From Lama glama (taxonomy: Eukaryota), in NCBI GenBank assembly GCA_028534125.1, contig CM052817.1:81284001-81348000 (forward strand): DNA of 64,000 bases, read 5' to 3'. This document shows, piece after piece, positions 12,120 through 25,489 of the stretch. Made by a program: the position numbers and the translations under genes. Below the pieces are notes generated by a model, which did not search any database, had not been told where the DNA came from, and saw only the letters and a list, made by a program, of their open reading frames with translations. Position 1 is the first letter of the stretch, and every line of letters begins with the position of its first letter.

Positions 12120-12814
12120 TTTTCAAAATATACTTAGAACTACTTCTAAGCATCTCCCCTGCTGCCACCGTGTTCCCACACCACCATCGTTAGTCACGTG
12201 GGTAACTGCAGTAGCCTTGCTTCTCTCTCTCCTTCAGTTTTGACCCCATTTCGGTCGAATTTTGACCAAGAAACAAAAGTGGTCCTTTAACAGATGAGTC
12301 AGGGTGCTCCTAAACTGAAGAAACCTTTATCATTGCATTAAGGTCTCCCATGATCTGACCATGTATTGCCTCTGATGTCATGTGCTACCACAGACTTAAC
12401 TCTGCCTCAGCAACCTGGGTCACCCCGCTCTTCCTCCAAGCTCTTGAGGCCCACCTGCCTCAAGGACAGATATCTGCACTCCTCATCCCCTCGCCTCTCC
12501 AGACGTTCACTCAAATGCCGCATTCTCAGTGAGGCATTCCCTGGCTGCTGTGTCTAAGTGGCAATACGTCCCACACATACATAACACACACACACACACA
12601 CTCTTTGTATCTTCTTTCTTGCTTCATTTATTTTTCCTCTTCACACTTGTACAGTAATTTTAAATGTGTGTACCCCCCACCCACCAGCTTACAAGCTTCA
12701 TAAATGTAGGGATTTTCATCTGTTTTATTTACCATTTACCTCCAACACTTAAACCAATGTATGTCATACAATGATTGTTCAGTAAATAATTGTACAATGA
12801 ATAAATGAATGAAT
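12120..12814 (+). mobile_element. L2 (L2a-like) 3' portion, with an internal short (CA)n
   Basis: cccacctgcctcaagg, tcactcaaatgccgcattctcagtgaggcattccctg, caagcttcataaatgtagggattttcatctgttttattt, terminal aatgaataaatgaatgaat. Confidence 0.8.
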
Positions 12815-12959
12815 ATGGAAGTCTGGTTGATTCACAACTAACTTTGAGTGCTGAGCATACTAAATTTAAAGTTCAAAGTCATTGTTTATTTATTTCCCTT
12901 AATGGTCTAAGAAAGAGTTAGGTTTGAAACAACTATTTATTTAAATGTCAGAAAAGGTG

Positions 12960-13130
12960 AAGAAATGAGGAGTGTGGAATTGAGACAGGCGTGCCTGGAG
13001 TATTTGAAGGGAAGAGCCAGGTGACCAGGGTTGCTGAGACAGAGTTAAGGAGGTTGTGGTAGGTGATGAAATGAGAAGGCGATGGAGGGCTGGATTGTGG
13101 AAGGCCTTAATGCAACAATAAAGATTCATT
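12960..13130 (-). mobile_element. L2 fragment
   Basis: gcgtgcctggagtatttgaaggga..gtaggtgatgaaatgagaagg..gggctggattgtggaaggccttaatgc. Confidence 0.65.
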
Positions 13131-15479
13131 CAGACATGCATACATACGTAAAATTTTAAAAGACAAAAAAGATTTATTCAGTATATATATATATATATGC
13201 ACTGAATATATTATATATTTATATACTGAATATGTTGTGTGTGTATATATATACATATATATAAACAATATTGTTTAAAATCTCCAATGTCACGTATTCT
13301 TTCCTAAAAATACTTGAAATGATAAAGATGCTAGAATGGCAAATTCATTCCGAATCCCCAATAAATCTGAATTCTTGAACACAGACCCACAGTCCTTAAG
13401 AAGACTATTATTTGAGAAGTAAAGAGCCTTACTCCTTAATGTTTGAAGCTGAATTTCTGCAGATCTAAATGTTTTGGGTTAATTTGAGGAGTACAGAAAT
13501 TTGAATTTAGATATGGAAAATACTTTCCTGAAATGTGCATTAAGAACATTTCAATAATCTGAACACAGTTTGGCCTTTGGGATGAAGAGGAGGGAGGAGT
13601 TCTATGGAAATCACCCTGCAATCTTATAGCCTTGGTTTTTTGCCACATTTACTTTTGAAGGCATTTTCTGGCATCTCTCTCGGATTCTTCCACACACCAT
13701 ATTTACATTAATTGCACTCAGAGACATAATTATAACTCATGGCTAATTTGTTTTTAAAAAGAAGAGAAAGAACCCACAACAACAAGCATGTTAAAAATAA
13801 CACTGAGAATATAATTTAAGTATTAGGCTTAAACCATTTAGTGTCAAAATACAGGCTTCTATCCCTAAGCAGCTTTAAATCTACATCATTACAACATGAA
13901 TTGATCTGCCTGAACAATAAAAGACAATTTTCCAGGAAGTAACTCTTAAAAAAAGTATCTGTGTTTATATATGTGTTTTAAAGAAAATAATTAGCTTCAT
14001 CTGAGTGTTTTCTAACTATATACAATTGCACTTATGAAAAAGATTTGTCATTGATTATGCTTATTCTTAAACCAATCAAGAGCTTACCTGAAATTAACAG
14101 ATGAATTTTCATATATTGAAGTAGAATAGTTTTGCACCAGACATACAGTCCAAAAAATACCTTAGCTGTTGATGTTTTTAAAAGTTGTTTGAGGTTTTGA
14201 AGGTTTTTTTAATATCATAATATATACCATATAAAATACATTTTAAATTTTAAATTTATTGAGTAGTAAAATTTTTAAATCTTGATTTAAATGTCATTGT
14301 GGTATGCTTATGAAGATTAGAATGCTCAGTTTTTTTAATATATGGAAATTTTAAATTATATATTTTCACATTTAGCAATTTAGTATTAATTTATCCAATT
14401 GGATTTATTTTCTTTTTTTCCAACATGTGACAAAGCTGATATCCTTAATAATATAAATTACTCATACAAATTGAAAAGAAAAGCCTTATAATCCAATTAG
14501 GCAAAAGCACAAAAGATTTAGACAGAAAATTTATGGAAAAAGTACAATTAGCCTGTGGATTTAATATACAATAGTTTTAACCATCTTCATCTTCAGGACA
14601 TTAGTCATAAATATAAATATGATACATATCAAAATGTTACGTTGTAAAAACATGCTCTAAAATGAGGTACTAGTCTCAATTACTTAATTTTAAGGTTACC
14701 AGACACCTGCCTCCTGCTGGTTGGAACTATGTTCTTTCACCAACCGAACCATTTGAAACCACTGCTTGTTGCTGCCTGACAGCTCTTTAGTATTTATCCC
14801 TAAGTGGAGGGCCCCGTTCTCTCATTTTGGAAATTAAATTCTAAAAAAGTCTATTGTCCTTAAATATGGCTGCTACTAAGACTATAGTAATATCTGTCTA
14901 TGCATACTTAATCAACAGAATCCTTGAAAAGTCTGGTTAATTAAAGTTACATTAATTATCAAATGGGTAGATAATAAAATATTATGGTTTTTAATAATCT
15001 ATATATAATGCTGCATATATAAATATATATGTCATAGATATATAGTGAAAAAAGCACCGAAGTTGTGTTGATAAAGCATAGTTTTTGCCTTGCGAAAAAT
15101 TAAAGTGCAGTGTTTTGAGTTCTTATGATAAAACATAAATAACCTAGCAACTTAATATTTGTCATTTAAAAATAACTTAACTAGGTTCATTTTCTAGTTT
15201 TTCAGCTCCAGAGTAAGGAACTCAGGATACCAAATGGTCAGCGATGATGAGCGTTACATTGACTGAAAAGCTCATCAGTTGGAAATCAGTGTGTTAAAAA
15301 TTACAGAAAATATGGGAGAAAATTGTAAGACACTTGACAACTTTCTTTTTTTTTTTGTGACTAGAAGCAAATTTAAAAGACATCACAGATACTGAACAGA
15401 ATTTATCATCACGGAAAGTTGTGCTGCACAGTGCTGAACTGTAGAGATGTCTCTTTTGATTCCTGACACTGGTTTTGAA

Positions 15480-15760
15480 GAACTCATTTTGTATTTGTCA
15501 AATTTTACAGATATGCGTTTCACTTCACTAATTTCTGCTCTTAACTGTATTTTTTCTTTTCACTTCTTGTGGGTTTACTGTCTTATTGAAATTTTTAGCT
15601 TCTTGTTAAACTAAAAATAGATTAATGGTCTCAAGTTTTTTTTTAAATATGTACATGTAAAGATAAACATTTCACTATAAACATACCATTTAAAGCCTTA
15701 AGATTAGCTATATCTCACAAGTTGTGATATTTTCATTATTAGTCTGTTCAGTATATATTC
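15480..15760 (-). mobile_element. Old L1 ORF2 fragment
   Basis: ttcactaatttctgctcttaactgtattttttc..ttttttagcttcttg..ttagctatatctcacaagttgtgatat. Confidence 0.55.
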
Positions 15761-16699
15761 TGAACATTATTGAATGAGATATAAAGGCAATAAAGTCATA
15801 TGACTTGAATTCAAAACTATCTGGTTAAAAAGTAAAATAAAATTCAACCAAATAAAGGCCATAGGGCTCTTACCATGACCCCCCAAATGATGAGTGAGAA
15901 CACTGTGCAAAAATGAACATTCTGAAAGCTGTGCAGTAAGGAAGAGTGCTCTGTATGGATGTTGGGGAGATGAAAGGGCCAGGCAGTAGTGCAGGCTGAG
16001 ACAGCTCCCTCTGCGTCCATTCTGCACATCACCTGCTAAGTGGTTGATATAGTGTTTAAAGAATTAATATCAGCTTAGAAGATAAACTCGATTGATCTAA
16101 GGATAAATGTATCCCCCAACACACCTGTCATTGATTCATTCAACGTATAAGCATGTGTCCCAATCCTAACCAAAGAGATGTGAGACAACCCCAGCAAGTT
16201 TCATGATATTAAATCCAGGTCTGCAGTGGTCCAGGGCAGGAGTGGAACATCCTCAATCCTGTGTCCCTGTCTCATGTGCTTGTACACTTACGTTCTTAAC
16301 CAGTGTGCTAGAGGGCACCCTGTGGTCTTCTGGTAGATATGTGTGGGGTCCTCTGTCCATACCTCCTGGAAGAGGGGCCCCTGCCATCTGGTCTCATGTG
16401 AACTACAATTGACCTTTGGTCAACAATATGTTCGTGGGAGTTCACACCAGGCACGGATCGGCGCTTGGAGTGTTTTGTCATGTTTCTCCAGTACCATGGA
16501 TTTGAAATGAATTCATCTTTGCTGTGAGCATCCAGAATGCCTTGAAGAGTTGGTCCATGACTAGGAAACATTTGCAACGTTACCCTAGAATTACAGTCAG
16601 CCTTACTTCCCTTTACCTCCAGGTGGAAGTTCAGAAGTTTCAGAACAAGCAAAAAGCTCTATTTTTAGAAGAAATATGTTACACTCAGAAATGGCAAGA

Positions 16700-16799
16700 T
16701 AAAAGAGAAAGAAAGAAAGAAAGAGAAAGAAAGAGAGAAAGAGAGAAAGAAAGAAAGAAAGGAAGCAAGGAAGGAAGGAAGGAAGGAAGGAAGGAAGAA
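16700..16799. repeat. (GAAA)n/(GGAA)n compound purine microsatellite
   Basis: Direct read. Confidence 0.95.
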
Positions 16800-17105
16800 T
16801 TCCGGAAACTTTTGTCCTCAGAGATAACATTGGGAAGACAGGCGCTTTCCCCCACTGTACACAAAGAGTGGAGGATGAAGCTCAGGTCCTAATACCACTG
16901 GCAACAATAACCATAGTCTCTCATCCTTGGGGTAAGACGGACATTGCAGGTAGACAGATGGTTTATATTTGAACGGAAGAACCAACTAATCCTAAAACAA
17001 GACCTACTTCTGGAGTACTAGCCATATGAGTTAAGAAGTGTCTTTACTCTGTAAGTCAGTTTGATGTGTGTATTACTTGCAGCTTCAGGCATCATAACTG
17101 ATACA
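16800..17105 (+). mobile_element. ERVL/MaLR-type LTR 3' part (LTR16/LTR33/MLT1-like); possible 5' part near 16060-16200
   Basis: aaccaactaatcctaa..acctacttctggagtactag..tattacttgcagcttcaggcatcataactgataca (typical ERVL LTR end); cccaatcctaaccaaagagatgtgag at ~16160. Confidence 0.6.
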
Positions 17106-19439
17106 GCATTTGGTAGATATTTGGCTCAAGATGAGAACTAAGCGTGAATTTCCCAAAAATATGACCCATAAAAGAAAAAGTCACAGTAACAATTTTAAAA
17201 CATTTAGAATCCATGAAATAAAGCATAAAGTGAAGGCACACATTCCTTCTTCTCTGTAGACAGTCCTGGGAAGCTACTTAAAGCTACAGCTGCCATTTGA
17301 TCCTTAAGCGATCACCAACTCTGTGATTACCTCCTACCTGGGATTTAGTGTGCACATTTAACTTCTCATCTGGGTTGTAGGGATTTTTTTCATGGTTTAC
17401 ATTTTGAACTCTGCTTGGAAACCTCTTTGAAGATCAGCCAGAAGATTATGGTAGTGCAAATAACATGCAGAAGCTTACAGCTGTCCTCCTGTAGTTCACA
17501 ATGAGCCAGCAGTCATTTCCCCATTGTGATAAAAATCATATTACATTGAACATCACCTTCTACAAGTTATTATGTTCTCACCACCAAAATACACTACTCT
17601 CCTCTCTAATTTTTCTGATTTTTCACAGTAGGGGAGTGCTGTAAGTATGTTTTACTCTTAAAAAGTGTACATGATTCTTACTAAGAATGAAGTATTCTTT
17701 TCTTTTTGTGGTAGCAACAGATGTCAGTGATTCTGTAACAGTTGACATTTGCTATTTTGTTTTGCTTTATGTATAGATGGTTGGCTATGATATAATTTGT
17801 ATTAAATTAAGCCATCTAGTGTAAGCCTTTATAATGATTTTCTTTAAGAAAGTATTATAAAATTTTTCTTGGCCCAATTTTGAAACTCTATTGCTTTCAG
17901 ATTGAATAAAAATGCATTTTTATTAATGCATATTGGAGTACTTTTGTCAATAGGATTTTCTTCAAAAATCACTCCATTTCTAAAGCCGAGATTGTACAAA
18001 TGCAGAAAAGTATGAGAGTCACAATGGAACATGTTTAACAAAGTGTAAATGGAGAGTAATTTAAGTCTAATTAAATTTGATCAAATCATAATTAAAGGCA
18101 ACAAGTCAAATTAAACTAAGTAATTTCAGTTACCAAGAGGAATGTCCCTTTATCATGTATTCCATATCAAAAACCTAATTATTCTGTTCTATTTACATCA
18201 TAAAACAAAAGTAACAATTTAAAAATTAGTCATTCCTGCTCTTCACTACACAAACATCAGGATAATAAATAATCCCCTTAAAAAACAAAAATAAACTATT
18301 TATTTTTATAAATAAAAACACTGATTTTGCACACACATTCAGATTCCAATGACAGAAGGGTAAACATTTCTCTAGTTATATTTTATTTAAAATAAATTAT
18401 TAAACATCAAACTTATAAAAATTACTGTGCATGGGAAAAGTCAAAGTATATAATTACATTTGTTCCTATTATAGAGCTCTTAGTTTTGTATCTTTTTTCT
18501 CTCACAGCACTGAACATGGGACTTCATTAAGTCTCATGTTAATATTACTCATGTAGATGATTTTTTTCATTATAAGTTATCAGGTCATACCAGAATCTTT
18601 TGGAGGGGGGAAATTATTAGCATATTAGAATATTAACATTTTGCAAAATACCTGGGCAAGTCTCTCTTCTATTAAAATAAAATTCTACATAATTAGTACT
18701 ATTATCTCCAGTTCCATTAAGCACTGGGGAAAAAAAATCACCTGAAGAGCTATTTTGCATTGTAATATTTACCTGTAGTGTGTAGAAACACAGTGTGTGG
18801 ATTCTATAAATACAAAAAATAAGTATTAATACTGTACAATTGTATGTTGGTTCTTTTATTGTCAGTTAAGAGTAGCATTTTAATATATATCACAAATTAG
18901 CTTATATTATCAAAACAAGTATAGAGGTAAAAATATAATGAAACAATACAAATTTTATAGGGCATTATTCATCATACTGCCAAAACTTACAAGAATAAAA
19001 ACAGTGATCTGCTTGTAGTATATGAACCTCACATGTTACTCAACCTCACATGCTGTGTCTTGTTCTGCCAATATTGTCTATGGGTTTTCTCCATCATCTC
19101 TCATAGAGACGCCTGCATTCATCCGCATCAGAATAGCTGGACATAGTTGTATATTCCCTAGCTAGTTTCTCCAGGTGAAACAAATGACCTCATGCTGTTA
19201 TCAAATCTATTTTTGATTACACAGATTATCAAATAATACCACACATTAACCAAATGACTGATGCAGTCTAGGGTTACAACACACCTATTTCAAACCACAT
19301 CAATAAATAAAATGCAAAAAAAAATAAATAAATAAATAAATAAAATGCACTACATAATCATTAGATATTTGTTAAAATCAAAAGCATGTGGGTTCTAAGG
19401 AGAAAATACACAGAATTGAAAACATAAGGAAACATCAAC

Positions 19440-19810
19440 CAGTTGTGGGGCATTAAAGAGATAAAAAGATAAAAACATATGAAAAGATGCTCATTCTATT
19501 AAAAAATAAAATAACAGTCCATATTAGCAAAAATTTTTAAACTTTGTAATATCCAGTGTTGGTCAGAATATAGGGCGACAATCACTAACATAACACTGCT
19601 GGTGAGATCTGAAACAGGTGCCATATTTGGGAGCAGACTTTTAACTATAGAGGCAAACTTCCAATAGCAGAGATTACTTTACCATGTGTCTTGCAAAGAT
19701 ATCATGTATCTTTGCAAAGAAATCTTTGCAAAATTGTGCCTAAATGCATGTAATAAGTATACTCACTCAAGATTGTTTAAAATAGCAAAAAATGGAGGAG
19801 CAACTGGTTA
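19440..19810 (+). mobile_element. L1ME-like ORF2 3' fragment
   Basis: aaacatatgaaaagatgctca..ataatatccagtgttggtcagaat-like..acactgctggtgaga..ttgtttaaaatagcaaaaaatgga. Confidence 0.65.
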
Positions 19811-20982
19811 GATTTTTTTCCCTCTCTTTTGTTTCTTCCTTTCTTTCCTCCTCGAGTACAAGTCTCTACCTTTCTTCCTTTCATTCATCAAATATTCAGG
19901 TGTAATGAAAACTCATAAGGGGTCATTGCAGGATTTTACATAGTGCACATTTTTTTTAATTTCAAAATTTTTTTAAATTTCAAAATGATCATTTCAGCTG
20001 CAGTGTGAACAACAGGTTTGAGGAAGCTTGTAATGACAAGGGGACAGAAATAATGGACATAGGCAGAGTATGTCTACAAAATCAAACCTTACGATACTGT
20101 GCCAGTAACAAAAAAAAAATGAAGCATATGTATACATGTTGATTGGAACAAAAGGCCTCATTATGTTAAAGCTGTCAAAGCAAGAATACACATAAATGGG
20201 TGGAAATATGTAAACATTTCTTTTCAGGAAAGGTAACAAAATTGAATATTCATTACCTTTCATGAATGGAAGTAAAAAGTTTAGAAACTGGAGAAAGGTA
20301 GACATTTTATTTCTTTTAATTTCAAATATTTCTTTATTGTTCACATTCTTACAATGCTTTTGCATGACCTTTACTATTTTGTAACAGTTAACTGGTTTAG
20401 GATTATAGGCCATTTTTCCTTATACATTATAAATTAAAAGTAATTATATTAACATTTAAATTTTTTCTCTAATTTATATTTTTCTAACCGTTTGTCTCAG
20501 CACATTTTATAATTTTAAACTGTTGAGACAATATTTTATTAGGTTTCTTCTTTTTCCTTAAGTCTCCTTTTTTCCTAATAAATAAGGGATTGACAACAGC
20601 TTAGAAAATACAACTTTAACTAACTGAAAAATAAATAAACTAAAAAGCAGATACTCCTTTAAAGTTTATTTAGTTATCAAGGTCTGTGGCATATTTACTC
20701 TCAAAATGGGGCATATCTTTTTGCAAGAATTATATTTTACACAGTCCCTATAGTCTTACATTTCAGATACACATCTTGAATTATTTTGCAAGACAACACA
20801 GTAAATACCTTTATTATCTTCTCTTACACTAGAATAGAGGGGCATAAGACAAGATAGATTGGCTGGGAAGGAATTTCATGTTTGGAAAAAGAGAAAATCC
20901 TAAAAAAATTAGACACTTCTAATTTTTTTTCATCTGCAAGAATCATTTATGGTATCATTCTTGACTGTTTTAAAATTAATTT

Positions 20983-21308
20983 CATACAATATTTGTCCTT
21001 TTGTGATCGGCTTATTTAACTGAGTAAAATGTGTTCAAGTTTCATCCACGTTGCAGCACGTGTCAGAATTTCCTTCCTTCTTCAGGCTCAGTAATACTCT
21101 TTTGTGGTGTATACCTCATTTTGTGTATCCGTTCATCCATCGGTGGACGCCTGGGTTGCTTCCACTTTTTGACCATTGGCAATAATGCTACTGTGAACAT
21201 GGGTGTCCAGAGATCCATCCTAGCCTCTGCCTTCATGTCTCTTGAGTATACATCTTGCAGTAGATTTGCTGAATCATATGACAATTCTGTTTAAGTTTCT
21301 TGAGGAAA
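20983..21308 (-). mobile_element. L1MB-like 3' fragment
   Basis: catacaatatttgtccttttgtgatcggcttattt..ttcaagtttcatccacgttgcagca..cctgggttgcttccactttttgaccattggcaataatgctactgtgaacatgggtgtcca. Confidence 0.85.
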
Positions 21309-21654
21309 CAGACAGCTAAAAAAGTAAATTTGGGGTTATGTGTATTTTGCCATACAAAAAACTATTCATTTCAGCGTGAAATAGATTCTTATCTCACTGA
21401 AAGCCTCAAACTCTGTGCGTCAGAGAATCTCTGCCTCCTCCGCTAGCCAGACTCTGCACTGCGTGCACAGTCTTGACTCTTTTCTGTCCTGACTTGTACT
21501 TTCAGATCCATGATCTTTACACTATTCCAGCCCTCCCCACCCTAACAGGATGTGTCCTAATGCACATACAGACACTTTTTGACATAAAGGTCTTCCAGCT
21601 CTTCAGTTCCAGGAAGTTTCTTATGTTTATTATGTTTTCTCAAATTCAAAATAA

Positions 21655-21995
21655 TTTAGAAGTCAGAAAGCCTGGGTCCAATTTCTATCTCTGCTATTTA
21701 CTAAAATTGTGAATTTTCAAAAATCATTTAATTTTCTTGATTCACTATTTGCTCATTTATTCCTTTTTTAAAAAATGCATTGAGCACCAACAATTTTCCA
21801 GGAACTATGCCAGTTTAACTTTGCTAAAAATGCCAAAAGATCATGACATACCTCTTCTGTCAAGAAGTTTACAGTTACTCGGGCAAAAATAGTTCTCTAA
21901 TACTCTTCACAGGGATAAAGCAGGGAACTTCTAAAAAATGATCCATGAGAAAGGCTTTGTATATTTTGAATGTTAAGTACATGTGATGTGATTAA
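21655..21995. mobile_element. MIR (+) interrupted by an L2 3' end (-, ~21750-21880)
   Basis: agtcagaaagcctgggtccaatttc..; attgagcaccaacaattttccaggaactatgc..aagaagtttacagtta; cttcacagggata..aatgatccatgagaaaggctttgt. Confidence 0.55.
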
Positions 21996-22959
21996 TATTA
22001 CTCATACTGGCTCCCTGTCACCCTTTGGGTACTCTCAAATCCACAGAAGAAATTAGAGAAGGAGGTTTGAACTGTAAAGTAGAAGAATAGCATTCCTTAT
22101 TTGTACAGCAGAAACATCACCAACAAAAAGCTATGGCCAGTAATTTATATTTTTAATATTAAAAAATCTAAGCCAACTTCAAATATTTGACTTTTCCAAA
22201 TTCTTGTTCCCTTTCCATGAGCCACATGCTTACGTCTACTGATGACTCTCAAGCTGTGTTGCCATAAAGGGAAGGGCTGTATAGCTTTCTCTCCCTTTAA
22301 TTAAAAATGAAAACTGCAATTAGAAAAAATAATTGAGGCAATAATCCCTGCTTTAGGAGGCTACTCAGCACGTCAGAAGAGGTCCTATAGGCAACCTTCT
22401 ATGGGTGTTAACCTCAACTGACCTCATACATAAAGAGCTGAATAAACAGGATGACAACCAGCCAACAGTTTTAATTCTTTATTAATTTCTAATAAATACA
22501 TTTGCTAGTCTCCATTCTATGCAGTTAATTGGAAATATCAGTTGCATAGTTAATATCCATCAGCAAAGAGCAATTAGATGGCCCTGTTATCTTAGTCTCA
22601 GGTATTCTATTAAAAATGCAAAAATGAAGCCACACTGGTCTCTATTAAAATGCACTAAAACAATTAACATATTTTATCCTGATTAGCACATTGCTAACAA
22701 ATAAAGGTGCCTTGCCACCGAGAAACTTGGAAGCCAGGATAAAGCAGTGTAATTTGTGCGGGTCAAATATTGAACCAGCTTGCATAATAATGTGGGGAAG
22801 CAGTTGGGGAAAACAAAATGTTAGTTGTACTATTCAACGGAGAAAAGGAGAGAGAAATTTGCTGCTTGGTTTCAGTTTCAGGAATTAGGTTATTGGGAAT
22901 GATCATTCGTATACCTGTATTGAAACAACGAAGTATGCGTTAATTACGACCAATGTTAA

Positions 22960-23420
22960 AATTTATCCTCGTTCATTGAACAGATGTATCCTGAACACCA
23001 CCTCGATACCAGAATGTGTCACATAGGCTGCCATGGAAGCAGAAGACCAGGCATAGAGTCAAATGTTGGCCCCTCAAGGAAGGCTTCATGGAGAAAGACA
23101 CACATGTACTGAGAGGAAAGGAAAAGAAGTCACATGGGCAGAGTCAGAAGAGTGAGACAGTGCTTCAAGCATATACATAACAGCAGGTACAATGGACAAG
23201 AGGTGAGCAAAAAGGGACACATCTTAGAAGTAGGAGTAACTCAGTATTCAAATATTGAAGGCAAAGTGGGGAAGATTTGATAGATAAGACTGGGGAGTTA
23301 TCAGAGAGCAGATCCAAAAAGGAACTTGCAATTCATTAAAGTGTTTGGGCTTTTTCCTAAAGCAATAAAAATGTCCCAAAATATATAGCCAAGAATGACT
23401 TTTGACCTTAAAGTTTCAAA
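22960..23420 (-). mobile_element. L2 fragments
   Basis: ttcattgaacagatgtatcctgaacacc..aaggaaggcttcatggagaa..aagtgtttgggctttttcctaaagcaata. Confidence 0.55.
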
Positions 23421-24714
23421 GAGAATAAGATGATGATTGTGTTTTTTTTTTTCCAACCATTTTTGGAATGCACCGGCTAACCTGAAGCCAAGAGACCTAA
23501 ATTGTGGTAACATTTCAGTGTCCTGTGGAGATGGTTAGGTCAGAGGAATGGTGCTTGGGAACCGAGCATGGCTTTCTCTTTAAAACAACAGAATTTGCAT
23601 CAGAAAATAAATCCTCTTCCTACCACACAGAGAAATGGTCAGGAAGAAATTGCGGGATAGAAAAGCAACCAAAGGAAGCCAGATATGCACTTACTAGAGC
23701 TAGTTAAAAAAGAAGCCACAGAATGGCAAAGCTGTCTTTCCATACATACGTGTCTGACACACGGTAGGTGTTTAATGAGTACTTGCTCACTGAAGAGCAC
23801 GTTGGTACAGCTTGTGGACAGGAGAAATTACAGAGGAGACAATGAATGCTGTGTTGTAGGGTGAGGATGCAAAGACTAGAGTAAAGGAAGAGTTTCAAAA
23901 GGAGGAAAAAATAGAGAAAGAGAAAGGAGTACTAAAAAAAGCTGGAGGGAAAGGAAATGTGTAATTGTGATTTATTCTTAGAGCAGCCAAATCCTAGCAA
24001 AAGAAGAAAGCATTGAGTAAACTGTAGAGGGGCTGTAAGTCAGCCACAGCTCACATAAGAAGGCATGAAATTAAGGTACATGGCACATAAGAACCCTGAG
24101 GAATAAGAGGAGCTTACCTAAAAACTGACAACAAGGACACATTCGTCCTCAAAATGAAGCAAACCTGAGTAATGTAATTCTATTTGGGTTTAACCTAAGT
24201 GTGTAGAAAGTCTGTTTTTCAAACTTTCCATGAGAAAATTAAATTTATGTCCAATCCTCAATTTGGTTTGGAAGCCCAAGTCTTAGAACTCTAATCAAAA
24301 TTTGTCTCAAGTAGGAATATTTGAATCTAGATAGATTTTTATAGGGAAATTGACTTCCTATTTTATGATGAAGCACCTCTAGCTCTACTACCCAAAGAGG
24401 CCACAAAGATGGCTCCAACAGTCAATTTTGACCCAGACAGTAAGGAACTCCATCTCTTCCCTTCTGTGTAGGTATCATAATTATGGATAGGCGACAGCCC
24501 TAACAGGAGAGATGGGGGAGAGAAAAAACATTTTCTGAATAAGGGTAATACTGGAGAACTATAGATACTCACATTTCTATTTTATGTGGAAGCCAATTTT
24601 GTATCTAGAAAAAATTAGCTGGAATCTAGATGACTTATCAAATGGATTCCTCTTTTCTAGAGAATTTTTTACTACTTTTTTTTCCAGGGAAATTCAAATG
24701 TTAATGTTATTATC

Positions 24715-25235
24715 ATTGTTTCTATTATGATCAACTAAGATTTATCAAGCATGTACTATGTTATAAACTGTTAAGTAACTTTCATCATTTCATTTAATCT
24801 TTATAATCTTCACATAAAGTAAATATTAGTATAATTCCCAGTTCAGATGAAACAAAATTCAACTCTACTTCTGTTTAACTTCAACACTCAAGTCGTTAAA
24901 GCTTATTATGCTCTACTTCCCTTCTTCTACTTACTTGAATTTTAAAGAAAGACACATTTTTTATTGCAAGAGGCTTTGGAATGGATTTCACTGTTGTAAT
25001 CATAGAAGGGCAGAGGCAAGGTTAGGGGATATAAGTAGATTTATTGAGCATCAACTTTGCCTCAGACATGCTTTCCTACTGTATCTCACTTGCCAACAGC
25101 AACCCAAGGAAATTTTTGGAACGTACTACATTGCACAAATAAGGCCACTGATTTTATGAGTCTGTCACTTGCTTAAGGTGCATTAGTTACTAACAATGGG
25201 GCCAAAATTTGACAGAATATTTCACTTCAGATCCC
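24715..25235 (-). mobile_element. Two MIR fragments (~24715-24915 and ~25040-25235)
   Basis: atttatcaagcatgtactatg..atcatttcatttaatctttata; atttattgagcatcaactttg..cacttgcttaaggtgcattagtt. Confidence 0.55.
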
Positions 25236-25489
25236 ATTGGTAGAACTATTGGTTTATGTATTTTCTCCCAAATTAGTCTTATCACATACATTTCTCTAGA
25301 ACATTACAATAAAAATGCACTTCTTAATATCCCAACTCTCGATATACATTGATTAGATTTGTCCATTCTTAAAATTTTTTTCCTATCTAGATTAGTAGAT
25401 TTCATTCACATTCTCCATAGTTGCCAGGTGTATTTATTTATTTTAGATCTCATCTTAGTTTGTAAGACGTGACCAGAGCAAGAAGCTTC

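Noticed and set aside
14080..14165. Strong minus-strand donor CAG|gtaagc
   Set aside because: No polypyrimidine acceptor upstream; isolated donors are common
16524..16892. 122-aa ORF rich in K/E/R
   Set aside because: Open because of the (GAAA)n/(GGAA)n microsatellite
19020..19055. Tandem aacctcacatg duplication (similar small duplication at ~19950-19986)
   Set aside because: Ordinary slippage duplications with two copies only; not an array or CRISPR
19994..20413. 139-aa minus-strand ORF
   Set aside because: AT-rich, F/I/N/K-biased composition, no homology recognised; probably degraded L1-like sequence
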